This document shows, in pieces, positions 44,678-54,055 of a stretch of DNA of 64,000 bases. Source of the DNA: Chloroflexota bacterium (GTDB lineage Bacteria; Chloroflexota; Dehalococcoidia; Lucifugimonadales; UBA3495); assembly GCA_028875055.1 (NCBI GenBank), contig JAPPGG010000031.1, forward strand, positions 12,372 to 76,371. Direction: 5' to 3'. A model generated the notes under the pieces. The model saw only the letters and a list, made by a program, of their open reading frames with translations. It was not told where the DNA came from and made no database searches. The stretch's first letter is position 1. The number at the start of each line of letters is the position of its first letter. A program made the position numbers and the translations under genes.

Positions 44678-45583
44678 ATGGCTTGGCAGTATCACTTTGA
44701 ACTTCTCACCCGGCCCTACGGCGGCGTCAGCGAGGGCCCCGTATGGGATGGTGAGGCAATCCTGTTCACCCACATTCCCTCCAGCCGCATAATGCGCTAC
44801 GACCCGGATTCCGGCGCCATCACCGAGGCCCGGACCGGCACCAACCATACCAACGGTCTTGCCTTCGATGCCCGGGGAAATCTTTTCGGTTGCTGCTCCG
44901 GTGGCCGGGCCATTGTCCGTTTTGATGACAACGCCAATGTGCCGGTGTCCGACCGAGTGGATGGGCAGAAGCTCAACACCCCCAACGACCTGGCCATCGA
45001 CCGCAGCGGGCGCATCTGGTTCACCAACCCCTGGAACGCCGGCAATATAGACCCCAGCGAGGTTGAGGAACTGGATAACCGCTCGGTGCTTCGGGCCGAC
45101 CCCCAGCCCGATGGCAGCTACACCACCACGCGGGTTACTTTCGATACCACAATGCCCAACGGCATCCTGATCTCCCCCGACCAGCGGACGCTCTACGTGG
45201 CCGAAAGCAACAGCGACCGTATCGACATAAACCGGGAACTGCGGGCCTATCCCATCAACGACGATGGCAGCCTGGGCTCCTATCGCACCCTCCACTCCTT
45301 CGGCCGGGATTCCAATGCGGTCCACCGGGGCATTGACGGAATGTGCCTGGACGCCGACGGCAACATAGTGGCCACCGCCGGCTGGGAACTGGGCGGCCCC
45401 GGACCCATGATCTATATCTTCTCCCCCACCGGAAGGGTGCTGGAGACCCATCCCATCGCCTGCAACCGGCCCACCAACGTCTGTTTCGGCGGACCCGGCC
45501 TGTCCACCCTGTACGTAACCTCCACCGACGGCCACTTCTATCGCGCCGACACCGACCGGGTGGGCTGGGCTATCTATCCCTAG
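44678..45583 (+). CDS. SMP-30/gluconolactonase/LRE family protein
   Basis: 301 aa. EGPVWD, NGLAFD, PNDLAIDRSGRIWFT, PNGI..SPD...LYVAES: beta-propeller lactonase pattern. Confidence 0.85.
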   Translation: MAWQYHFELLTRPYGGVSEGPVWDGEAILFTHIPSSRIMRYDPDSGAITEARTGTNHTNGLAFDARGNLFGCCSGGRAIVRFDDNANVPVSDRVDGQKLNTPNDLAIDRSGRIWFTNPWNAGNIDPSEVEELDNRSVLRADPQPDGSYTTTRVTFDTTMPNGILISPDQRTLYVAESNSDRIDINRELRAYPINDDGSLGSYRTLHSFGRDSNAVHRGIDGMCLDADGNIVATAGWELGGPGPMIYIFSPTGRVLETHPIACNRPTNVCFGGPGLSTLYVTSTDGHFYRADTDRVGWAIYP

Positions 45584-45703
45584 CGTCAGGGCTTAAAATT
45601 GCAAGTCAGGAGCTGGGAGTCTCCAGCGGGGGGCCTTCCCGCCGGCTATCCCGACTCTTGACTGCCGACGGAAGACTTCTAACTGATTAAGCGGGGTTGG
45701 CTC

Positions 45704-46057
45704 ATGAGCATGAACCTTAGCGGGCATGGTTTCACCCGCCAGCAGCTGCGCCAGGGCGGCGGACGCGGTACCGGCAACGACCATGTGGACGATCTTTACG
45801 GTTGCACCGAGCTGTATGTCTATCAGACACCCAACAAAAAGGTTACCGGTTACGAGTCCCTGAAGATGTTCATCGAGTCCGAGGGCTGCGAGGTAATCTT
45901 CACCGCCGACGCGCCGCCGGAACTCAACGGATACGAGACCATGCGCATCACCCAGCGCCAGGGCCGGGCCATTCCCCCGGCGGTGGTGAAGCGGACCCAT
46001 TCCTGGGCCCACCAGCGCAACTTCCTGCACAGTTTCTTCAAACCCATGTACCGCTAG
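45704..46057 (+). CDS. hypothetical protein
   Basis: 117-aa ORF with reasonable coding character in its second half. No recognisable domain; the start is uncertain. Confidence 0.4.
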   Translation: MSMNLSGHGFTRQQLRQGGGRGTGNDHVDDLYGCTELYVYQTPNKKVTGYESLKMFIESEGCEVIFTADAPPELNGYETMRITQRQGRAIPPAVVKRTHSWAHQRNFLHSFFKPMYR

Positions 46058-46178
46058 TTCTCTAATCCACGAATGGGCACGAATTTGTGCTAATGGCTTG
46101 ATAACGGGCGGCAGCGCCTGGTCGGGCCAATAGCTTCTGTACCAGACAGGTTCACCGGCGGCAGGTTAGGGAGTTCCC

Positions 46179-47162
46179 ATGATTGCAGATACGCAGACCT
46201 TCCAGGAAGAGTTGCGGGAAATTGAGACCGCCGCCGTAGCCCTGGCCTGGGGGGCGGGAAAGATTCTCTCCGAGCAATTCGGAAAGCAGCTGTCCATCGA
46301 GTACAAGGACAAGAACCAGCTTGACCCCGTTACCTCTGCCGACAAGGCCACCCAGGAATACCTGGTGAACGAGATCACCCGTCTCTTTCCGGAACACGGC
46401 ATCCTCGGAGAAGAGGGTTCTGACGAGACGGACCCCACGGGACCCGCCCCCGACTTTCTGTGGGTGCTGGACCCCCTGGACGGCACTACCAACTTTCTCA
46501 ACGGCCTGCCGGTGTATGCTTCGTCCATAGGTATTCTCCACCGGGGACGCCCGGTAGCCGGAGCCCTCTATATCCCCTGGCCCTCACCCGGCGGCGGCTT
46601 TGTTCTGCATTGCCGGCAGGGCGGCGGCTCCAGGTTCACGCTTTCCGAGGGCGGTCCCGACGAATCGGTGGCGGTTTACGCCTCGGATAAGCCCGTGGGC
46701 AACCGCCTCATTGGCCTCCCCGGCTTCTTTGTCCAGACCACCAAGTTCGGGAAGCCCGTAGGCCGCAACCCCGGCGAGTTGCGCACCACGGGCAGCATCG
46801 CCTACGAGCTGGCTATGACCGCCTGTGGAGTATTGCAGTACGCCATCATCGGCGCTCCCAGGATGTGGGACATGCTGGCCGGCGTCATAGCGGTCCAGGA
46901 AGCCGGCGGCACGGTGATGACCAGGCTGAAAGGGGAGAAGCGGTGGCGCCCCATGGACTCGCTGGTACCCAGCTGGGAGCAAACCCCGCCTACGCTCAAG
47001 GAACTGCGCCAGTGGGTAGCCCCCCTGGTTGCCGGCAACCAGCAGGTAGCCCCCCTGATAGCCCACAACATGCAAGCCCGGTTCCGGCCTGTAGCCAGGC
47101 TAAGGCAGTGGGGAAGGAAGGTGATCCGGAAACTGAAGGATTCGCGGAAAAGCGGTGGATAG
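46179..47162 (+). CDS. inositol monophosphatase family protein
   Basis: 327 aa. EEG, WVLDPLDGTTNF and WDMLAG motifs. Confidence 0.85.
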   Translation: MIADTQTFQEELREIETAAVALAWGAGKILSEQFGKQLSIEYKDKNQLDPVTSADKATQEYLVNEITRLFPEHGILGEEGSDETDPTGPAPDFLWVLDPLDGTTNFLNGLPVYASSIGILHRGRPVAGALYIPWPSPGGGFVLHCRQGGGSRFTLSEGGPDESVAVYASDKPVGNRLIGLPGFFVQTTKFGKPVGRNPGELRTTGSIAYELAMTACGVLQYAIIGAPRMWDMLAGVIAVQEAGGTVMTRLKGEKRWRPMDSLVPSWEQTPPTLKELRQWVAPLVAGNQQVAPLIAHNMQARFRPVARLRQWGRKVIRKLKDSRKSGG

Positions 47163-47175
47163 AAGGGCCAGTTGG

Positions 47176-47584
47176 TCAGGGTGCCTGAATCAATTGAAGG
47201 TTTGGGATTCTCGAAAAATCCCTGTCGTAGGATGCCAAGGGACATTTGAGTAGCAGGGCTGTTGCAGCAATCCATGCATCGGCGGTATTCAGTCTGCGAC
47301 CCGCCCGTTCCCTTATGGTCGCGCAATTGCGCCGATACGTACGCGAGTTCTTCGTTCGGCCAAATCACTTCGTACTGGTTGATATTCTGAAGGAGTTCAT
47401 TGCGTCGCCGGTCGCCCCAATTGTTTCTTATTGGCCAAATGTAGAGTTCTTCCAGGGACTGGAATGAAATTACTGGAGTGAGCCCTGTGATATGAAGCTC
47501 GTAGAAATTGGCTAACTGGTGTCGATTGTGGATGAAGGAAACTACGCTGGTATCCAGAACTACAGCGTTAAGGTTATAGGTCAT
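47176..47584 (-). pseudogene. PIN-domain (VapC-like) toxin gene interrupted by a 1-nt frameshift near 47320-47338
   Basis: Frame A reads MTYNLNAVVLDTSVV...FQSLEEL...NEELAYVSAQL. The +1 frame then reads CATIRERAGRRLNTADAWIAATALLLKCPLASYDRDFSRIPNLQLIQAP, ending at the stop 47176-47178. The 260-aa track ORF (46802-47584) is the frame-A read-through into suhB-antisense sequence. Confidence 0.75.
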
Positions 47585-48435
47585 TAACCTTTCCTGTCAT
47601 CACGTACATCTTCAATAAAACGCATAAAGTCCTCCGTATCGAAAGGCTCACTGGCTCTAATGATCTTTTCAGGGTCAAAGATTGTAGGATTCGGGTTCCC
47701 GAGAAAGGATTCCAAATCGAAGCCTTCGTTGCTTACACCTACAGCGCTTATTTCATCCACTTCAACGTATTGCCATTGGTCTTTATTGTTGAATCTTCCC
47801 TTACCTTTCACCTCGACAAATTGGGTTGCACAAGTGAGCATCTGTTCCTGCATCAGCGAATCAAAGCGAAGAGGAACAAATTTTTGGCGATATCTGTGAA
47901 GTTGAGCAGTGCCCCGATCCCAATTCACCGCATTTAGCCAACCGTAAAGAAGCGTTGCTTCCTTAGCCGCTTCCCAATTCTTTGCCGGTACGCGGCGGTT
48001 AACTCTAACTCTTCGTGAGAATTCTTCGTCTCCTAGCCAGACGTCTACGCTTGGTGGCAGGGAACGATGGATTTCGCCTAAACGCTCAATTACAAAGGAT
48101 GGAAGCGTCGAATGCTCGCTTCCATCCCACTGGATAAGTGCGTCCAAAGCTCTGCTTCCGAGTTCTCCTGCCTGGTGCTCACTTCGTTTGGTGGGAACCA
48201 GTTGTAATTCGGCCACCAAAGAACCCGGGCGCGTGGAACGAACGACCAATCGGCTCTGCTCACGAACCCATTTGGGCGGTTGCCCTTGGCTAGGCTGGTA
48301 GCCCCCTAGATGACCAACCGTGAGTTTCAAAGCATCTTGGATGCTCTTAAGGGCCCCAACGAGGCCGTCAACCGAGATTCCCTCCTCTTCTATGCGCCTA
48401 CCATCGAAAGTAATTGTTATGCTTCTGGCCACCAT
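47584..48435 (-). CDS. hypothetical 283-aa protein, upstream partner of the PIN gene (atypically long antitoxin-position protein)
   Basis: RBS gaaggagg precedes the ATG. Its stop TAA shares a base with the PIN ATG (TAATG). The region is AT-richer. I recognise no HTH, RHH or AbrB motif. The C-terminus is acidic (EPFDTEDFMRFIEDVRDD). Confidence 0.7.
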   Translation of the reverse strand: MVARSITITFDGRRIEEEGISVDGLVGALKSIQDALKLTVGHLGGYQPSQGQPPKWVREQSRLVVRSTRPGSLVAELQLVPTKRSEHQAGELGSRALDALIQWDGSEHSTLPSFVIERLGEIHRSLPPSVDVWLGDEEFSRRVRVNRRVPAKNWEAAKEATLLYGWLNAVNWDRGTAQLHRYRQKFVPLRFDSLMQEQMLTCATQFVEVKGKGRFNNKDQWQYVEVDEISAVGVSNEGFDLESFLGNPNPTIFDPEKIIRASEPFDTEDFMRFIEDVRDDRKG

Positions 48436-48483
48436 GCACCTCCTTCAAAAATGCTGCCGTGCATGGTATGTAATGTATTGCAA

Positions 48484-48492
48484 ATTATAGCA
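48484..48492 (-). promoter_or_regulatory. possible extended -10 promoter (TGcTATAAT) for the 283-aa/PIN operon
   Basis: The minus strand reads tgctataat about 49 nt upstream of ATG 48435. No good -35 element is present. Confidence 0.3.
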
Positions 48493-48553
48493 TGCTGCCC
48501 TTCAAGACCATCTAGCTGGCACACTATTACCAGCATACATTAGGGATTAATCC

Positions 48554-49738
48554 CTACGCGCTGTCGGGTTCCCAGCCCCAGGGGCGGGGGCCCCAGCCAG
48601 CCTCGTACACTTCGCCCCGCTTGACCGTCAGCACCGGCACCACCGCCTTTTCCGTCCGGCGGGCGCCGCCCACCACGTCATAGACCACCCAGTCGCCTTC
48701 CGTCATGTCCAGAACCGATATGTCCGCCTGGTGGCCCACCGCCAGCGAACCGATGCGGTCCTCCTGGCCAAGCGCCCGGGCCGGATTGATGGTACACATC
48801 TCCACCACCTGCTCCAGCGTGAACTCCATGGCCAGGAAGCGGGTCATCATCTCCGTCATGCTGTGGACGGTTAACTGGCGTCCGGGCAGGGTCAGGTCGG
48901 TGCTGATGCAGTGGGGCATCAGCCCCTGGTCCAGCACCCGCTGGCCCACATCGAAGCTGAAGTTCATTCTGCCGTGGGCCGTATCCAGCCACACGCCCCG
49001 CTCCTGAGCTTCCCTGGCTTCCGGGACCAGCTTGCCCTGGGAGTCAATCACCCCGCCGGGATTGGCGGTGAAGAGGTGGGTGACGATGTCGCCCTCCTCC
49101 AGGATGGGCAGCAGCTGGTGGATGACTTTCTCGTCGTAGCGCTTCTCCGTGTCGCCGATGTGGACCATCAGCTTGACGCCGGCCTCCGCGGCCGCCCGCT
49201 TGGCCATGAGGGGCATCTCCATGCCCATAATCTCCAGGGCGGGCGACACCATGCGGGCCTTGATGCCAAAGATGGTGTCCCGGTTTTCCTCCACCACCTG
49301 AATGGTCCGGTCCAGGTCAATACTGGCGGGACTGAAGATGTCCGGCGTGGTGGCCAGGCCGGTGCGGCAGATGTGCAGGAAGGGGATAATCTCCGTGGCA
49401 TTGTTGGGGATGATGTGCCTGGGGAAGCCGCCGTAGGTGTCGCAGCCGGAACTGCCCGCGTCCACCATGGTGGTTACGCCGGCCCTTACGCCCCCCAGGT
49501 CGGCCTCCACCCCGTTGCCGTTAACCCCATCATAGATGTGGGTGTGCAGGTCTATGAGGCCGGGTGTTACCAAGTTGCCCTTCACCTCAATTACCCTGTT
49601 GGCCTCGCTGGCGGGAATGTCCGGGGCGACAAGGGCAATCCTGCCGTTCTCCACTGCTACGTCGTTGGGGCCGTTGATGTTCTGAGACGGGTCAACCACT
49701 GTGCCACCCTTAATCAGCAGGTCGTACATCTTGAGCAT
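48554..49738 (-). CDS. amidohydrolase/deacetylase-family metallohydrolase
   Basis: 394 aa. LIKGGTVVDP ... PGLIDLHTH (HxH metal site) ... VHIGD ... HLF ... STD. Confidence 0.85.
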   Translation of the reverse strand: MLKMYDLLIKGGTVVDPSQNINGPNDVAVENGRIALVAPDIPASEANRVIEVKGNLVTPGLIDLHTHIYDGVNGNGVEADLGGVRAGVTTMVDAGSSGCDTYGGFPRHIIPNNATEIIPFLHICRTGLATTPDIFSPASIDLDRTIQVVEENRDTIFGIKARMVSPALEIMGMEMPLMAKRAAAEAGVKLMVHIGDTEKRYDEKVIHQLLPILEEGDIVTHLFTANPGGVIDSQGKLVPEAREAQERGVWLDTAHGRMNFSFDVGQRVLDQGLMPHCISTDLTLPGRQLTVHSMTEMMTRFLAMEFTLEQVVEMCTINPARALGQEDRIGSLAVGHQADISVLDMTEGDWVVYDVVGGARRTEKAVVPVLTVKRGEVYEAGWGPRPWGWEPDSA

Positions 49739-49867
49739 TCCTCCTTCGTACTATGGAGTTGATGCGCCAGGCTGCCTCATCGGGACAGCGAAAGGGCCTT
49801 CGGATACAGAATCAAAGCGGGGCCAACTGTTGGCCCCGCGCTTAAATTGTCATCCTGACGCCTTTAG

Positions 49868-50872
49868 CTAGGCTGGGCGGTTGGGAAACTCAGGGTAGCT
49901 GCGGGTGCTGAAGAGTTCGCCTACCGACTGCCCCACGTGAATCCTGCTGATGGCCTCTCCCAGCAGGGATGCCACCGACAAGACCTTGACCTTGTCCTGT
50001 TTCTTTTCCGGGTTCAGGGGCAGGGTATCCGTTACCACCACCTCTTCGTAGTCGCTCCGGTCGATGGCGTCGTAGGCGCGGCTGGCAAAGACGGGATGTG
50101 TGGCGCAGGCGTAAACCTGGGTAACGCCGCACTCCATCAGGGCTTCTCCGGCGTTTATGGTGGTGCCCCCCGTCAGGATCTCATCGTCAAAGGTCAGGGC
50201 CACCTTGCCCTCCACGTCGCCGATGACGTTCAGGGTCTCGGAGTGGTCGGCGTTGTCGATTCGGCGCTTCTCAATGATGGCCAGGGGGCAGTCCAGGTAT
50301 TCGGCCACGTCCCGCGCCCGCTTGGATATGCCTATGTCCACCGCCACCACCACCAGGTCTTCGATCTCCTTGGCCTTGAAGTAGTCGGCCAGGATGGTCA
50401 TGGCGGTAAGTTCGTCCACGGGTATGTTGAAGAAGCCCTGGATCTGGCCGGCATGCAGGTCCACCGTCAGCAGGCGGTCGGCCCCGGCGGTGGTCAGCAG
50501 GTCGGCGACCAGGCGGGCCGTAATGGGCACCCGGGGCTGGTCCTTCTTGTCGGTGCGGCCATAGCCGTAGTAGGGGATTACTGCGGTAATGCGGCCGGCC
50601 GAGGCCCGCTTGCAGGCGTCAATCATGATGAGCAGTTCCATCAGATTGTCGTTGACCGGCGCGCCCGTGGGCTGGATTATGAAGACGTCCCGCTGGCGGA
50701 TGTTCTCCATAATGCGGACGAAGGAGTTGTCGTTGGCGAACTTGAACACCTCAGCCTGGCCCACCGGCATTCCCAGGTAGCTGCAGACGTTCTTTGCCAG
50801 GATGGGGTGGGAATTCCCGCTGAAAATTCGCAGGTCGTCGGTGTCCACTAACGGGCTGTTGGTGAAGTTCAT
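49868..50872 (-). CDS. prs: ribose-phosphate pyrophosphokinase
   Basis: 334 aa. YGYGRTDKKD, DLHAGQIQGFF, and the PRPP loop FDDEILTGGT. Confidence 0.95.
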   Translation of the reverse strand: MNFTNSPLVDTDDLRIFSGNSHPILAKNVCSYLGMPVGQAEVFKFANDNSFVRIMENIRQRDVFIIQPTGAPVNDNLMELLIMIDACKRASAGRITAVIPYYGYGRTDKKDQPRVPITARLVADLLTTAGADRLLTVDLHAGQIQGFFNIPVDELTAMTILADYFKAKEIEDLVVVAVDIGISKRARDVAEYLDCPLAIIEKRRIDNADHSETLNVIGDVEGKVALTFDDEILTGGTTINAGEALMECGVTQVYACATHPVFASRAYDAIDRSDYEEVVVTDTLPLNPEKKQDKVKVLSVASLLGEAISRIHVGQSVGELFSTRSYPEFPNRPA

Positions 50873-51165
50873 ACTCGTGGGCTGCCCGAACCGGGTAGCG
50901 GCAGCCTTACCCCCTTCCTGATATTAACCGGCATCGACTATCCTGATGGGTGAAACAGTTGCCACATCCCGCAGTCTGCCGGAACAAATACCCGGAGCAA
51001 AGGCTACCACCCTTCGTCCCCGTCCCTGGGCTTTCGCCGCACCGCCAGCCCCCGCCCGAAAGCGTTGAGATTATAGCACAGGGGCCAACCCCTAAAAAGT
51101 GAAATGACCGCCGTATCGCAGGGCAACCGCCTCATCTGGCGTGAATGGGGAAGCAAGACGCAGGA

Positions 51166-51182
51166 GGCTTTGCACAATGAAT
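51166..51182 (+). repeat. 17-bp arm ggctttgcacaatgaat (left copy)
   Basis: This is the perfect reverse complement of 51786-51802. A near copy lies at 51762-51776. Confidence 0.9.
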
Positions 51183-51323
51183 CCTTTTGAATTTCGATTC
51201 GCTGTGCAGAATCGGTTTTTAATCGGGATATGACTTGGGCCTGCGAGGATGCATGTGAGTGTGGTCAACAACGGCATGAATAAAACGCGGACTCAGATGT
51301 CTATGTCCGAGGTGATGCAGTTT

Positions 51324-51680
51324 CTAAAGCCTCATCAGGTTGGTGGGCACCAGCCTTTGTTCCACTGGGTCCACGGCCAGCGCGGCGGTCTCCAGCGCTA
51401 CTACGCCTAGCAGGGAGGGTTCTCCCGGCTCGGCGAAGGTGACCGGCGTGGGGAATTCCTCTCCCTCCAGTCGGATTATTGTGTAGCCCACGCGCGACAT
51501 TATTATTGATCCGTCGGCGATTCTGGTGGGCTTTGTTGTCTTTATTGGCACTCCCAGCCTCTCCAGAATGTCGCTGGGGATCACGGTGTTGGTGCTTGCG
51601 GTGTCGACTATGACTTCCAGTTCTTCAAAGTTCTGGCCGGCGGGGTCGCCGATTTCGATGGTAATTTCCAGCATGCCCAT
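51324..51680 (-). CDS. retropepsin-like (clan AA) aspartyl protease family protein with a DTA active-site variant
   Basis: 118 aa. EVIVDTASTNTVIP occupies the usual DTG/DSG position. Size and pattern match small bacterial/archaeal clan-AA proteins. Confidence 0.65.
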   Translation of the reverse strand: MGMLEITIEIGDPAGQNFEELEVIVDTASTNTVIPSDILERLGVPIKTTKPTRIADGSIIMSRVGYTIIRLEGEEFPTPVTFAEPGEPSLLGVVALETAALAVDPVEQRLVPTNLMRL

Positions 51681-51761
51681 ATCGTATCTCCATTTCGATG
51701 GTGGTCTATTGAGATTCTAGCTTCCTTCATCTCTTTGGTACAGTCGAGCTTCCTCGTAAGG

Positions 51762-51802
51762 GGCTTTGCACAGTGAGGCTCGCGCATTCATTGTGCAAAG
51801 CC
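51762..51802. repeat. imperfect palindrome upstream of the retropepsin-like gene; its right arm is the 17-bp inverted partner of 51166-51182
   Basis: ggctttgcacagtga-ggctcgcgc-attcattgtgcaaagcc. Confidence 0.85.
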
Positions 51803-52283
51803 GACGCAGGAAAAATTGTTTTTTCTCTCCATCTGGTCTCATTTGACCTCATTTTGTATCTGGTCACATCCTCCTGACACCCCGAAAAACCCTCAAATTG
51901 AGCCCTCCTGCAGCATCAACCTTAGGGTTTTCGGGCTTGAATGGCGCTGATGGACCGTGCATTTCAAAGTCTTCCCTGCTTTCAGCCAGCGGGTTCGGGC
52001 TTCGGCCAGACAATTCATTCCACAATTGATTCAATGGTAGGGGCGCGTTATCCAGCAGGGGAAGGAGAGGGTGTCAGTCGTCCGGAACCGCAGGTGGCGT
52101 CGCCAAATTGGCTTGACATGCTTGAAACGGGAGGAATTCTGATTACAGCCGGCGAGGTTCCCGCCTGCGCGAGAACGACGGGGCATCCCCAAAATCTGAT
52201 ATGCGATAGCCCTGGCGGGTGCAATCGGGTGTCCGTCAAATTTTTGGGGAATGCCTGGTGGGGCCCCGTTGCAGGCCGTCGCT

Positions 52284-52311
52284 GTAGGGGCGCAGGGCCC
52301 TGCGCCCCTAC
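52284..52311. repeat. 28-nt perfect palindrome of the GGGGCGCA-arm family
   Basis: gtaggggcgcaggg|ccctgcgcccctac. Confidence 0.8.
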
Positions 52312-52587
52312 CTTAGCTTTCGATATCTGCCCCTATCCAGTTGCTCTACCAAAATCTTGACGGACACCCGGTGCAATCCTTCCCCTTAACCCCACCCGGG
52401 CATTATGTTAAAGTATGCACCGGCCCAGGACTGGAAACATACCTCTGCGGGCGAACACGCGAGCGCAGGGGAGTGTCCGTTTCGACTGGCGCCCAGGCAA
52501 CTCCCCGGAGCAAGTTTTGACACGACCTGCCCCTGAAGGTAATGGCCAGATCCCGGCCAGCGAAACCCGACGCAAGGCCTGGATGCC

Positions 52588-53892
52588 GTGAACGCCTCCC
52601 TCCAGCGCCTGGCCCACCGCCTTCCCTTCTTCTACGGGTGGATTGTGCTGGCCTCGGCCAGCAGCACCCAGGTGGTACGGAACGCCTCCGCCAGCCTTAC
52701 CCTGGCGGTGTTCATCTATCCTCTGGCCGCCGACCCGGAGCTGGGCTGGAGCCGGACCCTGATTGCCGGCGCGGCCAGCGTGGGCGGGCTTGCCGCCTCG
52801 GTCCTCTCTCCCCTGGTGGGCTGGCTGGTGGACCGGTATGGCGCCCGGCTGGTGCTGGCTTCCAGCGTGTTTATCATGGGCCTGGCCACCATATCGTTGG
52901 CCTGGGCTACCATACCTGTCTTTTTCTACATTTTCTATGGCATCAGCCGTGTCATCTTTGCCAGTCCCATTCCCATCGGCGCCTCCGTGGTGGTGTCCCG
53001 CTGGTTTATACGGATGCGGGGCCGGACCAACGGAATCCTCTTCGCCTCCCATTCCATCGGGCTGGTTGCCTTCCCCCTGGTGGCGTCGGCGGTAATTGCC
53101 GGATATAGCTGGCGGGAAGCCTGGGTTGTCCTGGGCGCGCTGGTCTGGATTATCGCCCTGATACCGGTGACCTTTTTCATAGTGCAGCAACCGGAGGACC
53201 TGGGTCTGCGCCCCGATGGAGACCCGGAAGAAGACCCGGGACAGGATGCCTCGGACGATGCTACTGCCGAGGAAGCCGCTCCGGCCGTTGAGGAACCTGC
53301 CTGGACCCGCAGGGAAGCGATGAAGACACCCGCTCTCTGGATCCTGGCAGTGGGCGTCGGGAGTCTCTTCCTGGTGCAGGCGGGCATCAACACCCACCTG
53401 GCAGCGCTGCTCCGCGACGAAGGGTTGAGCGTTTTCCTGTCCGGCGTGGGCCTGAGCCTTTCAGCAGCCTTTATGGGCGCCGGCAGCCTGGCCTGGGGCT
53501 GGATTGCCGAACGATTTCCGGTGCGTTACGTTCTGGCTGCCGTTGCCGCCAGCGTGGCCTTGCCGTCCCTGCTCTTCCTGACCGCAGATACAACGTTGGA
53601 GGGCCTGGCCTATTCGGCGTTGCTGGGATTTGGTGTGGGGGGAATACTGTCGGTGCCGCCCATCGCCTACGCCGATTATTACGGGCGCCGCTCCCTGGGC
53701 GCTATTCGGGGCGTCACGGAACCCTTTACCAGCCTGGGGCAGGCCATCAGCACCGTGGCGGCGGGTCTCGTCTTCGACCTGACGGGCAGCTACGACATCG
53801 CCCTTACCGTATTCGCCTCCCTGGGCGGGCTGACGGCGGTGGCCCTGCTGTTTGCCCGGCCTCCGGTGCGGCTGGCCGCAACCCGAGGCTAG
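52588..53892 (+). CDS. MFS transporter
   Basis: 434 aa, about 12 TM segments, with an acidic central loop (PDGDPEEDPGQDASDDATAEE). The start is GTG. Confidence 0.85.
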   Translation: MNASLQRLAHRLPFFYGWIVLASASSTQVVRNASASLTLAVFIYPLAADPELGWSRTLIAGAASVGGLAASVLSPLVGWLVDRYGARLVLASSVFIMGLATISLAWATIPVFFYIFYGISRVIFASPIPIGASVVVSRWFIRMRGRTNGILFASHSIGLVAFPLVASAVIAGYSWREAWVVLGALVWIIALIPVTFFIVQQPEDLGLRPDGDPEEDPGQDASDDATAEEAAPAVEEPAWTRREAMKTPALWILAVGVGSLFLVQAGINTHLAALLRDEGLSVFLSGVGLSLSAAFMGAGSLAWGWIAERFPVRYVLAAVAASVALPSLLFLTADTTLEGLAYSALLGFGVGGILSVPPIAYADYYGRRSLGAIRGVTEPFTSLGQAISTVAAGLVFDLTGSYDIALTVFASLGGLTAVALLFARPPVRLAATRG

Positions 53893-54055
53893 TCGGCCAT
53901 CCGATCCGGTCTTACCGGCGAAAAACGGCGCCTATCGGCCTCCAGGCTTCGATACTCGTCATAAAGTTGACAGCGCCGCCGGTTGATAGGTACCATCGCC
54001 GGTAACTGCCGAACGGCAGGTATTGCAGGCGCGGGAACTTGAGGAGGTGGTTGGC

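Noticed and set aside
46802-47584. 260-aa ORF as listed in the ORF track.
   Set aside because: Only the first ~85 codons are PIN-like. The rest is frame-A read-through antisense to the suhB-like gene. The genuine PIN C-terminal half is in the +1 frame and ends at 47176.
51092-51277. 61-codon minus-strand ORF downstream of the retropepsin-like gene, and a 17-codon plus-strand ORF starting at 51177 behind aggagg.
   Set aside because: Both are too short and featureless. They overlap the 17-bp repeat arm, and nothing in the sequence supports translation.
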